Shown here piece after piece: positions 56,077 through 64,000 of a stretch of DNA of 64,000 bases. The notes under the pieces were generated by a model. The model ran no database searches. It was not told where the DNA came from and was given only the letters and a program-made list of their open reading frames with translations. The position numbers and the translations under genes were made by a program. Position 1 is the stretch's first letter; every line of letters starts with the position of its first letter. Source of the stretch: a virus; the IMG/VR virus record IMGVR_UViG_3300022602_000075, positions 8,020 through 72,019 of that record. The stretch is one strand, 5' to 3'.

Positions 56077-58854
56077 ATGGCAATCAATCAAGAATCCTTC
56101 AACGCTGGACTTTATGACCTCTTGAAAACTAGAGGCTATGACCCTACTCCTATCGACTCAAAAGGTCAAAACATCCCCGTACCGCAAGATGCTGATGTTT
56201 TTAAGTTTGACTTTAAGAAAGGTACAAACAACGGTAATGACAAAGATTACGGTCCTGTTTGGGCTACTATTGACAACGCATCTAACTTAATTCTTTACTA
56301 CGATGACGATATTGCAGATAGCGGTACTGAGAATACTTCAGGCACACAATTCAGCGACAGTTGGCCCAGCCTCTTAAAAGTTTTAAAAAGATGGGCTATG
56401 CGAAGACAATTGGGTTTTGAATTAAAAAACAGAGACCACTTAGGAAGTGACATGGCACAACGTGAACGAGTAAAAAAGAAAGAAGCATTGGGTGAAGGAT
56501 ATCACTCGATGGGTAAGAAATCAAGTTACAATGATTCAGTTCCTGAAGTAAAAATTGTCATTCAACATACTCGTCAAATACAAGAAGGCGAAAAGCGTTA
56601 CTATAACGTTGAAAGAATTTTTGTTGAAAACATCAATGGTGAAAGATTTGCACTTCCAACTCGCCGCCCTGGTATTGCTAAAGTATATGCCAGACATGTA
56701 GCAGAAGGTGGCACACCTTACGATGAGCGCGGCAAGCACATTACTGCGTTAGTAGAAGAATACACTAAGATGGCTGGATTTGTTCGCGCTACTAAGGGTA
56801 AACAATTCAATGAATCTGCACAAAGACTAGTCAATGAAGGTGTCAATCACTATAGATCATTGCGCGAAACTCTAAGCAAGATGATTGGCCAACGTGGATA
56901 CAATACTTACTTTGAAAGTTGGACTCCTACCCTTATGGAAACAGAGGGCGACGAGACTAACATCAATGAACTATTTGTAAAAGAAACACTAGATCCTCGC
57001 ATTGAAAGTGCAATGCCTATTCTTAGAAAGTTGAGCAAGAATATCAAAGAAGTCACAGAAGTAAAAGAATTAGAAGAATGGGCAAATACACTAGTTGACG
57101 AAGCCTCTGATTTAAAGTCTATTCCCGAATCAAGTAATGCAGATGTTGATTCATTGAGAAAAATGGTTGATTTTGTTCTATCTAAGATAAACAAGCGTTT
57201 GCACGGTAAAGTTACCGAATCAGAAGATGAGAATGAAGAACCTGAATTAAGATCCGTCATGCTTTCTAAAAATGCATTGCAGGATATAAAAGATTATCTA
57301 GACCAATTTAAAACTAATCCAATGCGTCAGGAAGATGAAGGGAAAGTTGCTCAGTCTATGATGATTTTAGATAAACTAACAGATGATCCACGATTGTTAG
57401 CGGCTTTGGAAGTGATAGGTGTGCCACGAAAATTATTAATGGATTTAGTAGAAAAAGCGCAATTGTTATTAGGTGTCAGTGATAGCAACGAATTGCACGA
57501 AACTACCGAGATTTCAGAAGGTGCAATGAGCGAAAGATTTACAGATTTGTACGGCGATGAATTTGATCCAGCCGATTTAGATAATGACGAACATAGAGAA
57601 TTTTGCAAAAAGCACTTTGGTTTGAAACCTAAAGAATTTCTTAAAACATATGGAATGACAAAAGATGATGCTGAAACATCTTGGATATTCCCTAATAAAT
57701 TAAACGAAGTAAATGAGGCAGATAATATGAATAACATGGATGATATGGATTTCTTTGATGAAGATGACTACTCACCTGAAAGCGTTAAATGGTATATGAG
57801 TATCATTGATGAGTTATTTGATAAAAGTAACGAATACCTGAAGCCAAGCCGCAAAGAACGTGTTAAAAATATAGTTAGAAATCAAATTGTCCATATTGAT
57901 GATAGTAAATTTGATGAACAAAAGTTCGAACAAGCATACAAGCAGGCTTTATCTTTTTATAGGCCCGGCATTTCAGAAGGTAAAGAAGGTATTTGGCAAG
58001 AAGTTGTCAGTGCATTAGCAGCAGGATTTCCAGACTTAGATCCTACTGACAGTTTAAAGCCAGTTATGAAGAAGCACAAAATGTCTTATCAAGCCTTAGA
58101 TGATCTGGCTAGAGAACATGATTACAGGGGCATCGATGACTTTATAGATGAACTTAGTCAACAGTATGGCCGAGACACCCAGATAGAAGAAAGTAGATGG
58201 ACTTATGGCTGCGGGAAAAAAATAACAGTATTTGTTCCTAAAGGATACGGCTACAAAGAAGTTACAAGACCATGTGGTAGTACTGCATATGACGGAAGCG
58301 TAAATCAATGCGAGAGATGTGCCAGAGATCCAAACAAAGATCCAGGTATGACACCAGAGTATGGTGACATTGAGCATATGGATGATCGTGACTATGACAA
58401 TGATCTTGAAGAAGGATTAGACCGTAACCAAAGACGCGCAGGACAATTAGGTCCAACTGACAAAGTAGGCAAGAATGAAAAGAAATTGCGCGGCAAACTA
58501 GTTGGTAACGAAAGTAGAGAATTTGACGAAGAATTGTTACGAGAAGAAATGTCACGTACAGGTAAGAAATGGCTTGGTGCTGCTTTAGCACTTTATGGGG
58601 CATCAGGGCTATTAAACTACTTTGCTAGTAATTCAACATACAAGCACGATCCACAACTTCAACAATTGGTTCAATTATATGCTAAAGCAGAGAAAGCTCA
58701 TGACGAAAAGAAAATGGAAGAATACAAACGAAGAATTGAAGATCAAAAAGCACGTTTAGATGCAGGTAAGGGCCCAGTTCGTGATAAGTACGGCGATCCA
58801 AAAGAAGTCGTTCCAGAAGAGTTACAAAGAATCAAAAAACTATCGGGATTGTAA
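56077..58854 (+). CDS. Large acidic prohead-core/internal head protein with modular inserts
   Basis: Many I/L/V-x-E sites, C-terminal ELQRIKKLSGL, late promoter upstream. Confidence 0.6.
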   Translation: MAINQESFNAGLYDLLKTRGYDPTPIDSKGQNIPVPQDADVFKFDFKKGTNNGNDKDYGPVWATIDNASNLILYYDDDIADSGTENTSGTQFSDSWPSLLKVLKRWAMRRQLGFELKNRDHLGSDMAQRERVKKKEALGEGYHSMGKKSSYNDSVPEVKIVIQHTRQIQEGEKRYYNVERIFVENINGERFALPTRRPGIAKVYARHVAEGGTPYDERGKHITALVEEYTKMAGFVRATKGKQFNESAQRLVNEGVNHYRSLRETLSKMIGQRGYNTYFESWTPTLMETEGDETNINELFVKETLDPRIESAMPILRKLSKNIKEVTEVKELEEWANTLVDEASDLKSIPESSNADVDSLRKMVDFVLSKINKRLHGKVTESEDENEEPELRSVMLSKNALQDIKDYLDQFKTNPMRQEDEGKVAQSMMILDKLTDDPRLLAALEVIGVPRKLLMDLVEKAQLLLGVSDSNELHETTEISEGAMSERFTDLYGDEFDPADLDNDEHREFCKKHFGLKPKEFLKTYGMTKDDAETSWIFPNKLNEVNEADNMNNMDDMDFFDEDDYSPESVKWYMSIIDELFDKSNEYLKPSRKERVKNIVRNQIVHIDDSKFDEQKFEQAYKQALSFYRPGISEGKEGIWQEVVSALAAGFPDLDPTDSLKPVMKKHKMSYQALDDLAREHDYRGIDDFIDELSQQYGRDTQIEESRWTYGCGKKITVFVPKGYGYKEVTRPCGSTAYDGSVNQCERCARDPNKDPGMTPEYGDIEHMDDRDYDNDLEEGLDRNQRRAGQLGPTDKVGKNEKKLRGKLVGNESREFDEELLREEMSRTGKKWLGAALALYGASGLLNYFASNSTYKHDPQLQQLVQLYAKAEKAHDEKKMEEYKRRIEDQKARLDAGKGPVRDKYGDPKEVVPEELQRIKKLSGL

Positions 58855-58855
58855 A

Positions 58856-59653
58856 ATGTCTATATCTGAAGAAATAAAAAAACTTGCTGAAACGCTATCA
58901 CATATTGAAGAAGGTGATAGCGTTTCTCCGATGCATGGAACATTGGCCGATTTAGTCAATATTGTTCGAGGAAGAGATCATACTTATAAAGGAACCCAGG
59001 GTTGGGGATCTAAATTTGGCTTGATTAATCAGCATAAAGAAGGTGAAAATGGTATAATTGTTTTTGCTGATAGTGGTTTAGGACAAATTTGGATTAAGGT
59101 GCCCCAGAAGAATATTGACCGAGCTAAGGCCGGCGCCAAAACTAAAAAACCTGATCTTTCTACACTAATACCACTAGACGGGGTAGAAGTAAAGTATACA
59201 GACGATGAACAAAATATTAATTGGCATGGTAGCGCACAGAATTTTATTCCGCTGTTCAACAAGGGTAAATTCCCTCCGCCATTAGTAGCAGCACCCAAAG
59301 ATGAAAGTCAGCATTACTATCAAGGATCAAGTTGGGACAAAGCAGGAACACTTGAGCGCACTTCTCTACCTGAACCAGAACCTGATACTAAATCGCTATA
59401 TCGTCCCGGTATCAGTTCGGATGAAGTTGTTGATATGATGAAAAAATCAGGACAAGATGCCGATCAAAAAGTAAAGCAAATTAACAGAGATTTAGAGCGA
59501 GATATAAAAGCTCTAGATGAACCCGATTTCAAGGACAAAAAGGCTAAGCCTCCAGGAATAGGACCTGCTAACGATGATGTATACGAATCACTTGCAGAAC
59601 AAATTAAAGCACTTACCAATACATTGGCTAAGTTAGAAAAAAACAAAGATTAA
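58856..59653 (+). CDS. Probable internal head protein
   Basis: MSISEEIKKLAETLSHIEE start; a similar helix recurs at the C-terminus (SLAEQIKALTNTLAKLE). Confidence 0.5.
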   Translation: MSISEEIKKLAETLSHIEEGDSVSPMHGTLADLVNIVRGRDHTYKGTQGWGSKFGLINQHKEGENGIIVFADSGLGQIWIKVPQKNIDRAKAGAKTKKPDLSTLIPLDGVEVKYTDDEQNINWHGSAQNFIPLFNKGKFPPPLVAAPKDESQHYYQGSSWDKAGTLERTSLPEPEPDTKSLYRPGISSDEVVDMMKKSGQDADQKVKQINRDLERDIKALDEPDFKDKKAKPPGIGPANDDVYESLAEQIKALTNTLAKLEKNKD

Positions 59654-59677
59654 AAATCTGTTTTCCCTTAAAGGCGA

Positions 59678-59714
59678 TAAATACTATTGACAGATCAATT
59701 GATTAGCGTATAAT
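59678..59714 (+). promoter_or_regulatory. Tandem late and sigma70 promoters for ssb
   Basis: TAAATA at 59678; TTGACA-N16-TATAAT at 59687-59714. Confidence 0.65.
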
Positions 59715-59797
59715 CATTGATGTGTTAGTTGTCTCCGACAGCAAAACATAAAGCACAGTATAAAGCTCAACATTTACACATTTAAGGAGAAAAACAA

Positions 59798-60760
59798 ATG
59801 GCAAATTTAGCAGAACTACGCGCCCGTATCGCGGCACAAGATAGTAAGTCCCAGAACAGAGGGTCTAACTCACAATCAGATAATGCAATCTATCCACACT
59901 GGAATATCGATGAAGGTGCTACAGCAACTATTCGATTCCTTGCAGACGCTGATTCAACTAATGACTTCTTTTGGGTAGAACGTCAAGTAATCAAACTTCC
60001 CTTCAATGGTGTCAAGGGAAATCCTTCAGCAAAGCAGATCACAGTTCAAGTTCCGTGCATGGAAATGTATGGCGAGAACTGCCCTATTCTTGCAGAAGTT
60101 CGTCCTTGGTATAAGGATGAATCACTCAAGGATATGGCTAACAAGTATTGGAAGAAGCGCACTTATATCTATCAGGGTTTTGTTCGCGGTAATCCACTTG
60201 GTAACGATAAGACTCCAGCGAATCCAATTCGTCGCTTTGCAATCACTTCCCAGATTCAGACTATTATTCGCGCATCTCTAATGGATCCCGAAATTGATAA
60301 TATTCCAACTCATGAAGTTCATGGGCTTGATTTCAATATTCGTAAGACTCCAGGTAAGGGTGGATTCTCTGAGTACACAACTTCTAGTTGGGCACGCAAA
60401 GAGTCTCCATTGACTGAAGCAGAGCAGGCTGCTATTCAAGCGCATGGCTTGTTCAATCTTAAGGATTTCTTGCCCAAGAAGCCCAGCGAAGCAGAGCAGC
60501 GCATCATTAAGGAAATGTTCGAGGCTAGTGTTGATGGTCGTCCATATGATCCCGACAAGTGGGGCGTATATTATCGTCCATTCGGAGTAGATGCTCCCTC
60601 AAGCGCATCTAATCATACACCTGCTGCTCAGGTAACTGATGACGAAGAAGAAGCCCCTGCCCCAGTAGTGGCTCCGGTAGTTGTTCCACCAAAGGCTACC
60701 TCAAGCGATAAGGCTCAAGACATTCTAGCGCAAATTCGTGCTAGACAGAAAACAGTCTAA
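59798..60760 (+). CDS. gp32: T4 gp32-like single-stranded DNA-binding protein
   Basis: ATIRFLADAD, PCMEMYGENCPI, GLDFNIRK, EYTTSSW; strong SD TAAGGAG. Confidence 0.9.
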   Translation: MANLAELRARIAAQDSKSQNRGSNSQSDNAIYPHWNIDEGATATIRFLADADSTNDFFWVERQVIKLPFNGVKGNPSAKQITVQVPCMEMYGENCPILAEVRPWYKDESLKDMANKYWKKRTYIYQGFVRGNPLGNDKTPANPIRRFAITSQIQTIIRASLMDPEIDNIPTHEVHGLDFNIRKTPGKGGFSEYTTSSWARKESPLTEAEQAAIQAHGLFNLKDFLPKKPSEAEQRIIKEMFEASVDGRPYDPDKWGVYYRPFGVDAPSSASNHTPAAQVTDDEEEAPAPVVAPVVVPPKATSSDKAQDILAQIRARQKTV

Positions 60761-60767
60761 GGTCTTG

Positions 60768-60795
60768 GGGAGAGGATAAAACCTCTCCCTTCTTT
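60768..60795 (+). terminator. Intrinsic terminator
   Basis: GGGAGAGG-ATAAAA-CCTCTCCC followed by TTCTTT. Confidence 0.75.
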
Positions 60796-60811
60796 AATGA
60801 GGGAACCTACC

Positions 60812-61039
60812 ATGACACTACCAGATGAAAGATATAGAGCCATTAAACAAGGCAAAAAGTTACTAGAAGAACTGTGTGATCCAGGCAAGACACCTCGCGT
60901 ACCTTCATTGGTCAGAGATCGTGCCCGTGGTGCTTTAAGGCATTACCCTAGTGATTATGAACTTGAACAGATTGCAGAGAACTGTCCTGAACTTCTTGAC
61001 AGGGAACCTTTTTCTGTTAAAATAAAGAAAGCAAGATAG
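60812..61039 (+). CDS. Small phage hypothetical protein
   Basis: MTLPDERYRA..TPRVP..RARGALRHYP; GAGG SD before ATG 60812. Confidence 0.65.
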   Translation: MTLPDERYRAIKQGKKLLEELCDPGKTPRVPSLVRDRARGALRHYPSDYELEQIAENCPELLDREPFSVKIKKAR

Positions 61040-61050
61040 AGGAGAATGCT

Positions 61051-62121
61051 TTGACTAAACCATTTGATCCAAGTAAATTTAGAAAGGACATTACTAAGGC
61101 TATTGACGGTCTTAGTATTGGGTTCAACGATCCAACAGATTGGATCTCTACCGGAAATTATGCATTGAATTACCTTATCAGTGGAGACTTTAAGAAAGGT
61201 GTACCACTTGGTAAGGTAACTGTATTTGCAGGTGAATCAGGTGCGGGCAAGAGTTATATCTGCTCGGGCAACTTGATTAGACACGCACAAGAACAGGGCA
61301 TCTTTGTGGTGCTTGTTGATTCGGAAAACGCACTAGATGAAAACTGGTTGCTAGCACTAGGCGTCGATACTTCAGAAGAAAAAATGCTAAAACTGAATAT
61401 GGCAATGATTGATGACGTTGCTAAAACTATTAGCGACTTTATGAAAGATTACAAGTCTACATATGAGAAGACTGAGCCCGAAGAAAGGCCCAAAGTTTTG
61501 TTCATTATTGACAGTCTAGGTATGTTGCTAACTCCTACAGACGTTAATCAGTTTGAAGCGGGTGAAATGAAAGGTGATATGGGACGCAAGCCCAAAGCAC
61601 TTACTTCACTTGTTCGTAACTGTGTAAACATGTTTGGTAGTTGGAACGTAGGATTAGTTGCCACTAATCACACATACGCATCACAAGATATGTTTGACCC
61701 AGACGATAAGATTTCTGGCGGTCAAGGCTTTATCTATGCGTCAAGCATTGTAGTTGCAATGAAGAAACTGAAACTTAAAGAAGATGAAGACGGAAATAAA
61801 GTTAGCGAAGTATTAGGTATTCGCGCAGCATGTAAGGTAATGAAAACTCGCTATGCTAAGCCGTTTGAATCTGTGCAAATCAAGATTCCATATGAAACTG
61901 GTATGAATCCACACTCGGGTCTTGTAGACTTGTTTGAAAACAATGAACTATTAAAGAAAGAAGGAAACAGTCTTGTTTATACTGCTGATGATGGCACTAT
62001 TATCAAGAAGTTTCGTAAGGGTTGGGAACGTAACGATGATGGCTGCTTAAATACTGTGATGGCCGAATTCCAGAATTCTAATCAGAAAAAGATAAGTAAT
62101 GTAAATTCTGAGGAGGTATAA
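61051..62121 (+). CDS. uvsX: UvsX/RecA-like recombinase
   Basis: ISTGNYALN, Walker A GESGAGKS, IIDSLG, TNHTY, SGGQG. Confidence 0.93.
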   Translation: MTKPFDPSKFRKDITKAIDGLSIGFNDPTDWISTGNYALNYLISGDFKKGVPLGKVTVFAGESGAGKSYICSGNLIRHAQEQGIFVVLVDSENALDENWLLALGVDTSEEKMLKLNMAMIDDVAKTISDFMKDYKSTYEKTEPEERPKVLFIIDSLGMLLTPTDVNQFEAGEMKGDMGRKPKALTSLVRNCVNMFGSWNVGLVATNHTYASQDMFDPDDKISGGQGFIYASSIVVAMKKLKLKEDEDGNKVSEVLGIRAACKVMKTRYAKPFESVQIKIPYETGMNPHSGLVDLFENNELLKKEGNSLVYTADDGTIIKKFRKGWERNDDGCLNTVMAEFQNSNQKKISNVNSEEV

Positions 62122-62123
62122 GA

Positions 62124-62387
62124 ATGAGCATTGAACTCATAGCCGATGTATGGGCATTACTTAAAGAAAATATCGATTACGGAACTCGTCGCTCATCAGC
62201 AGATGATCTTATCAATTTGCTGATTGATCATGACTTTAGTCCTGCTGAAGTTAAGGAAGCGTTTAGACGCGATCCTGAAATTTTGGCTGCACTTAAAGAC
62301 TACAACGAGTTGCACCAAGATAATGAAGAAGAGTACGAAGACGAGGAAGAGTACGAAGATGAAGACGAAGATGAAGACAATTGGTGA
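62124..62387 (+). CDS. Hypothetical protein with an acidic tail
   Basis: GGAGG SD; EEEYEDEEEYEDEDEDE C-terminus. Confidence 0.7.
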   Translation: MSIELIADVWALLKENIDYGTRRSSADDLINLLIDHDFSPAEVKEAFRRDPEILAALKDYNELHQDNEEEYEDEEEYEDEDEDEDNW

Positions 62388-62388
62388 T

Positions 62389-63018
62389 ATGCTAGACAGC
62401 AGAAAGGACTTTGAATCAACTTGGTTAGCCGAATCCCCTGAAGGATTCAGCAATACCGAGATGATTGATATGTTATATTATAATATCAACGATGCTCTTA
62501 AGCATGGACTTGAAAAGATAGACTTGGGTGACAAATATTACAAAATAGAAGGATCTCAAACGCTATATTACTGGTATGAATCACAGGGAGAAATACAACT
62601 AGCGGCTGAATTTAGCGTAAAACCACAAGCACTTGTAGTCAACGCTATTGGCAAGTTGCACAAGAAAGTTCCTCCCTATGCCACAGATTTATACAACAAA
62701 GTACTAGATGACCGAAAAAATATCACTGGCTCACTCAATAATATACGCTTACTAAGTGATAAAACAATGAGCGACTCTGGGTTAGAGATATGGAAAAAGT
62801 TGTTGAAACTTGGACATAAAATTTCTGTATATGATTCTTCTAATCCCGGGTCATCTTTTGTTCAGATAAAAGACGAAGATGATTTATTAAAGTTTTTTAA
62901 ACACGATGATACAGATTTCAGGCGTTGGCAATATGTATTATCCGAAACAGCAGCATATGTAGAAACTAGAGCATTTTTTAATACTAGGCGAATGAGAGAA
63001 TTAGCAGGCACATTGTGA
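62389..63018 (+). CDS. Hypothetical protein
   Basis: ATG directly after the upstream stop; ends RMRELAGTL. Confidence 0.6.
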   Translation: MLDSRKDFESTWLAESPEGFSNTEMIDMLYYNINDALKHGLEKIDLGDKYYKIEGSQTLYYWYESQGEIQLAAEFSVKPQALVVNAIGKLHKKVPPYATDLYNKVLDDRKNITGSLNNIRLLSDKTMSDSGLEIWKKLLKLGHKISVYDSSNPGSSFVQIKDEDDLLKFFKHDDTDFRRWQYVLSETAAYVETRAFFNTRRMRELAGTL

Positions 63019-63470
63019 ATTGGTATTCAAAGGTCACAGTTGATTTAGCAGCAATACCTGACTTCATATCACACTATGAGGCAGAGTTACTAAAGGCTAA
63101 GTATGATGTAAGTATAAAAGGCAAGGTTGAAAAAAACCTTGCCGATTTACCCGGCATCACAGAATTTCGATTTAATCAACTTCAAGAAATTGAGGCTGTG
63201 TTAAACTATCTCAATATTCAATTGCGTAAGATCAGACGCAAACACTTTCAAAAATACTTAGAAGCATACAACCGAGCATTGTCTAGCCGTGATGCAGAAA
63301 AATATGTTGACGGTGAAGATGAAGTTATCGATTTTGAAACGGTGATCAATGATGTAGCACTACTGCGAAATAAATGGTTAGGTGTACTTAAAGGAATAGA
63401 AAGTAAGAATTTCATGTTGGGCCACGTAGTTCGTTTAAGAACAGCCGGCATGGAAGATGTTTCGCTTTAA
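63015..63470 (+). CDS. uvsY: UvsY-like recombination mediator
   Basis: RALSSRDAEKYVDGE and VRLRTAGMED motifs; near uvsX. Confidence 0.85.
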   Translation: MNWYSKVTVDLAAIPDFISHYEAELLKAKYDVSIKGKVEKNLADLPGITEFRFNQLQEIEAVLNYLNIQLRKIRRKHFQKYLEAYNRALSSRDAEKYVDGEDEVIDFETVINDVALLRNKWLGVLKGIESKNFMLGHVVRLRTAGMEDVSL

Positions 63471-63491
63471 TAAATACTTGAGAGGTGCTAA

Positions 63492-63755
63492 TTGATGGAT
63501 AAGCAGACTAGTATCAACTATTTGGTCTACCAGCTTGAAAGCCTTTTTACCAACGTACTTGTCGCCAATTACCCAAATCACCGCGGTACTGGGTATACAC
63601 AAATAACTTTCACTCATGATAAAATACCCGGAATCATAAAGTTTTTCAACCCCGAATTCATAAAAGTCAATACAAACAATGACTTATACAAGATTTATGA
63701 TTCTGTGTCTCAAGTTGTCGAAGAACTAAAAGGCTTGACTTTAACCCATAACTAG
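63492..63755 (+). CDS. Hypothetical protein
   Basis: GAGG SD and TAAATA upstream. Confidence 0.5.
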   Translation: MMDKQTSINYLVYQLESLFTNVLVANYPNHRGTGYTQITFTHDKIPGIIKFFNPEFIKVNTNNDLYKIYDSVSQVVEELKGLTLTHN

Positions 63756-63763
63756 TCTAGAAT
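63735..63763 (+). promoter_or_regulatory. sigma70-type early promoter
   Basis: TTGACT-N17-TAGAAT. Confidence 0.6.
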
Positions 63764-63793
63764 ACATTCTAACAAGTTGACGGAGCGAGACAA

Positions 63794-63997
63794 ATGGGAT
63801 ATCGTGTACTTTCGGATCGTGAGAGCAAGTGGAAGCCCCGCAAGGGCCTCGAGGGTCCGTACTTTTACCCCTCGGGCGCGGTTCTCTACTACGATCCCCG
63901 CGCGGGCCAGTACTGGGACCCAACTACTGACTTTTACGTTGATAATCAAGAAGTTGCGTTCCTCAAGCAGCAAATCTTTGATATCGTAAGTCGTTGA
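63794..63997 (+). CDS. Small phage hypothetical protein (early)
   Basis: GGAG SD; PRKGLEGP..LYYDPRAGQYWDPTTDFYV. Confidence 0.65.
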   Translation: MGYRVLSDRESKWKPRKGLEGPYFYPSGAVLYYDPRAGQYWDPTTDFYVDNQEVAFLKQQIFDIVSR

Positions 63998-64000
63998 TTT

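Noticed and set aside
62224-62388. N-terminal extension of the 264-aa ORF (KSTKTRKSTKMKTK)
   Set aside because: Off-frame reading of the upstream gene's acidic tail.
1-64000. Stop-codon reassignment
   Set aside because: Genes are intact and densely packed under the standard code, with TAA, TAG and TGA all used as stops.

Overview
This is a 64-kb segment of a large T4-like (myovirus-type) tailed phage genome. It uses the standard genetic code and is AT-rich; a spanin pair and a proteobacterial-type ssrA tag point to a Gram-negative host. In order it holds: a Hef-like homing endonuclease, a gp55-like late sigma factor, a contractile-tail baseplate cluster (tube-initiator-like, gp53-, hub-, gp5-, gp25- and gp6-like genes plus a 6282-aa wedge/adhesin protein), a tail fibre with glycosyl- and sulfotransferase genes, a tmRNA locus, capsid-packaged proteins, an early AAA+/VWA pair, spanins, a GH19 muramidase, an intein-containing large terminase, and gp32/UvsX/UvsY. 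Five observations stand out. (1) The contiguous terminase intein contains a complete 279-aa endonuclease gene in the +1 frame with its own late promoter and RBS, placed at the site where atypically split TerL inteins are broken. (2) A circularly permuted two-piece tmRNA gene (tag ANDSVYALAA, 5-nt intervening segment) has been invaded by an HNH cassette with a 30-bp duplication. (3) A 958-aa protein strings NTase, ART-like and ParB-like modules between prohead-protease-type sites. (4) Ten late genes appear leaderless (TAAATA-N4/5-ATG). (5) A baseplate protein carries two TonB-box-like motifs. All family assignments come from motif recognition by eye; no database search was run.
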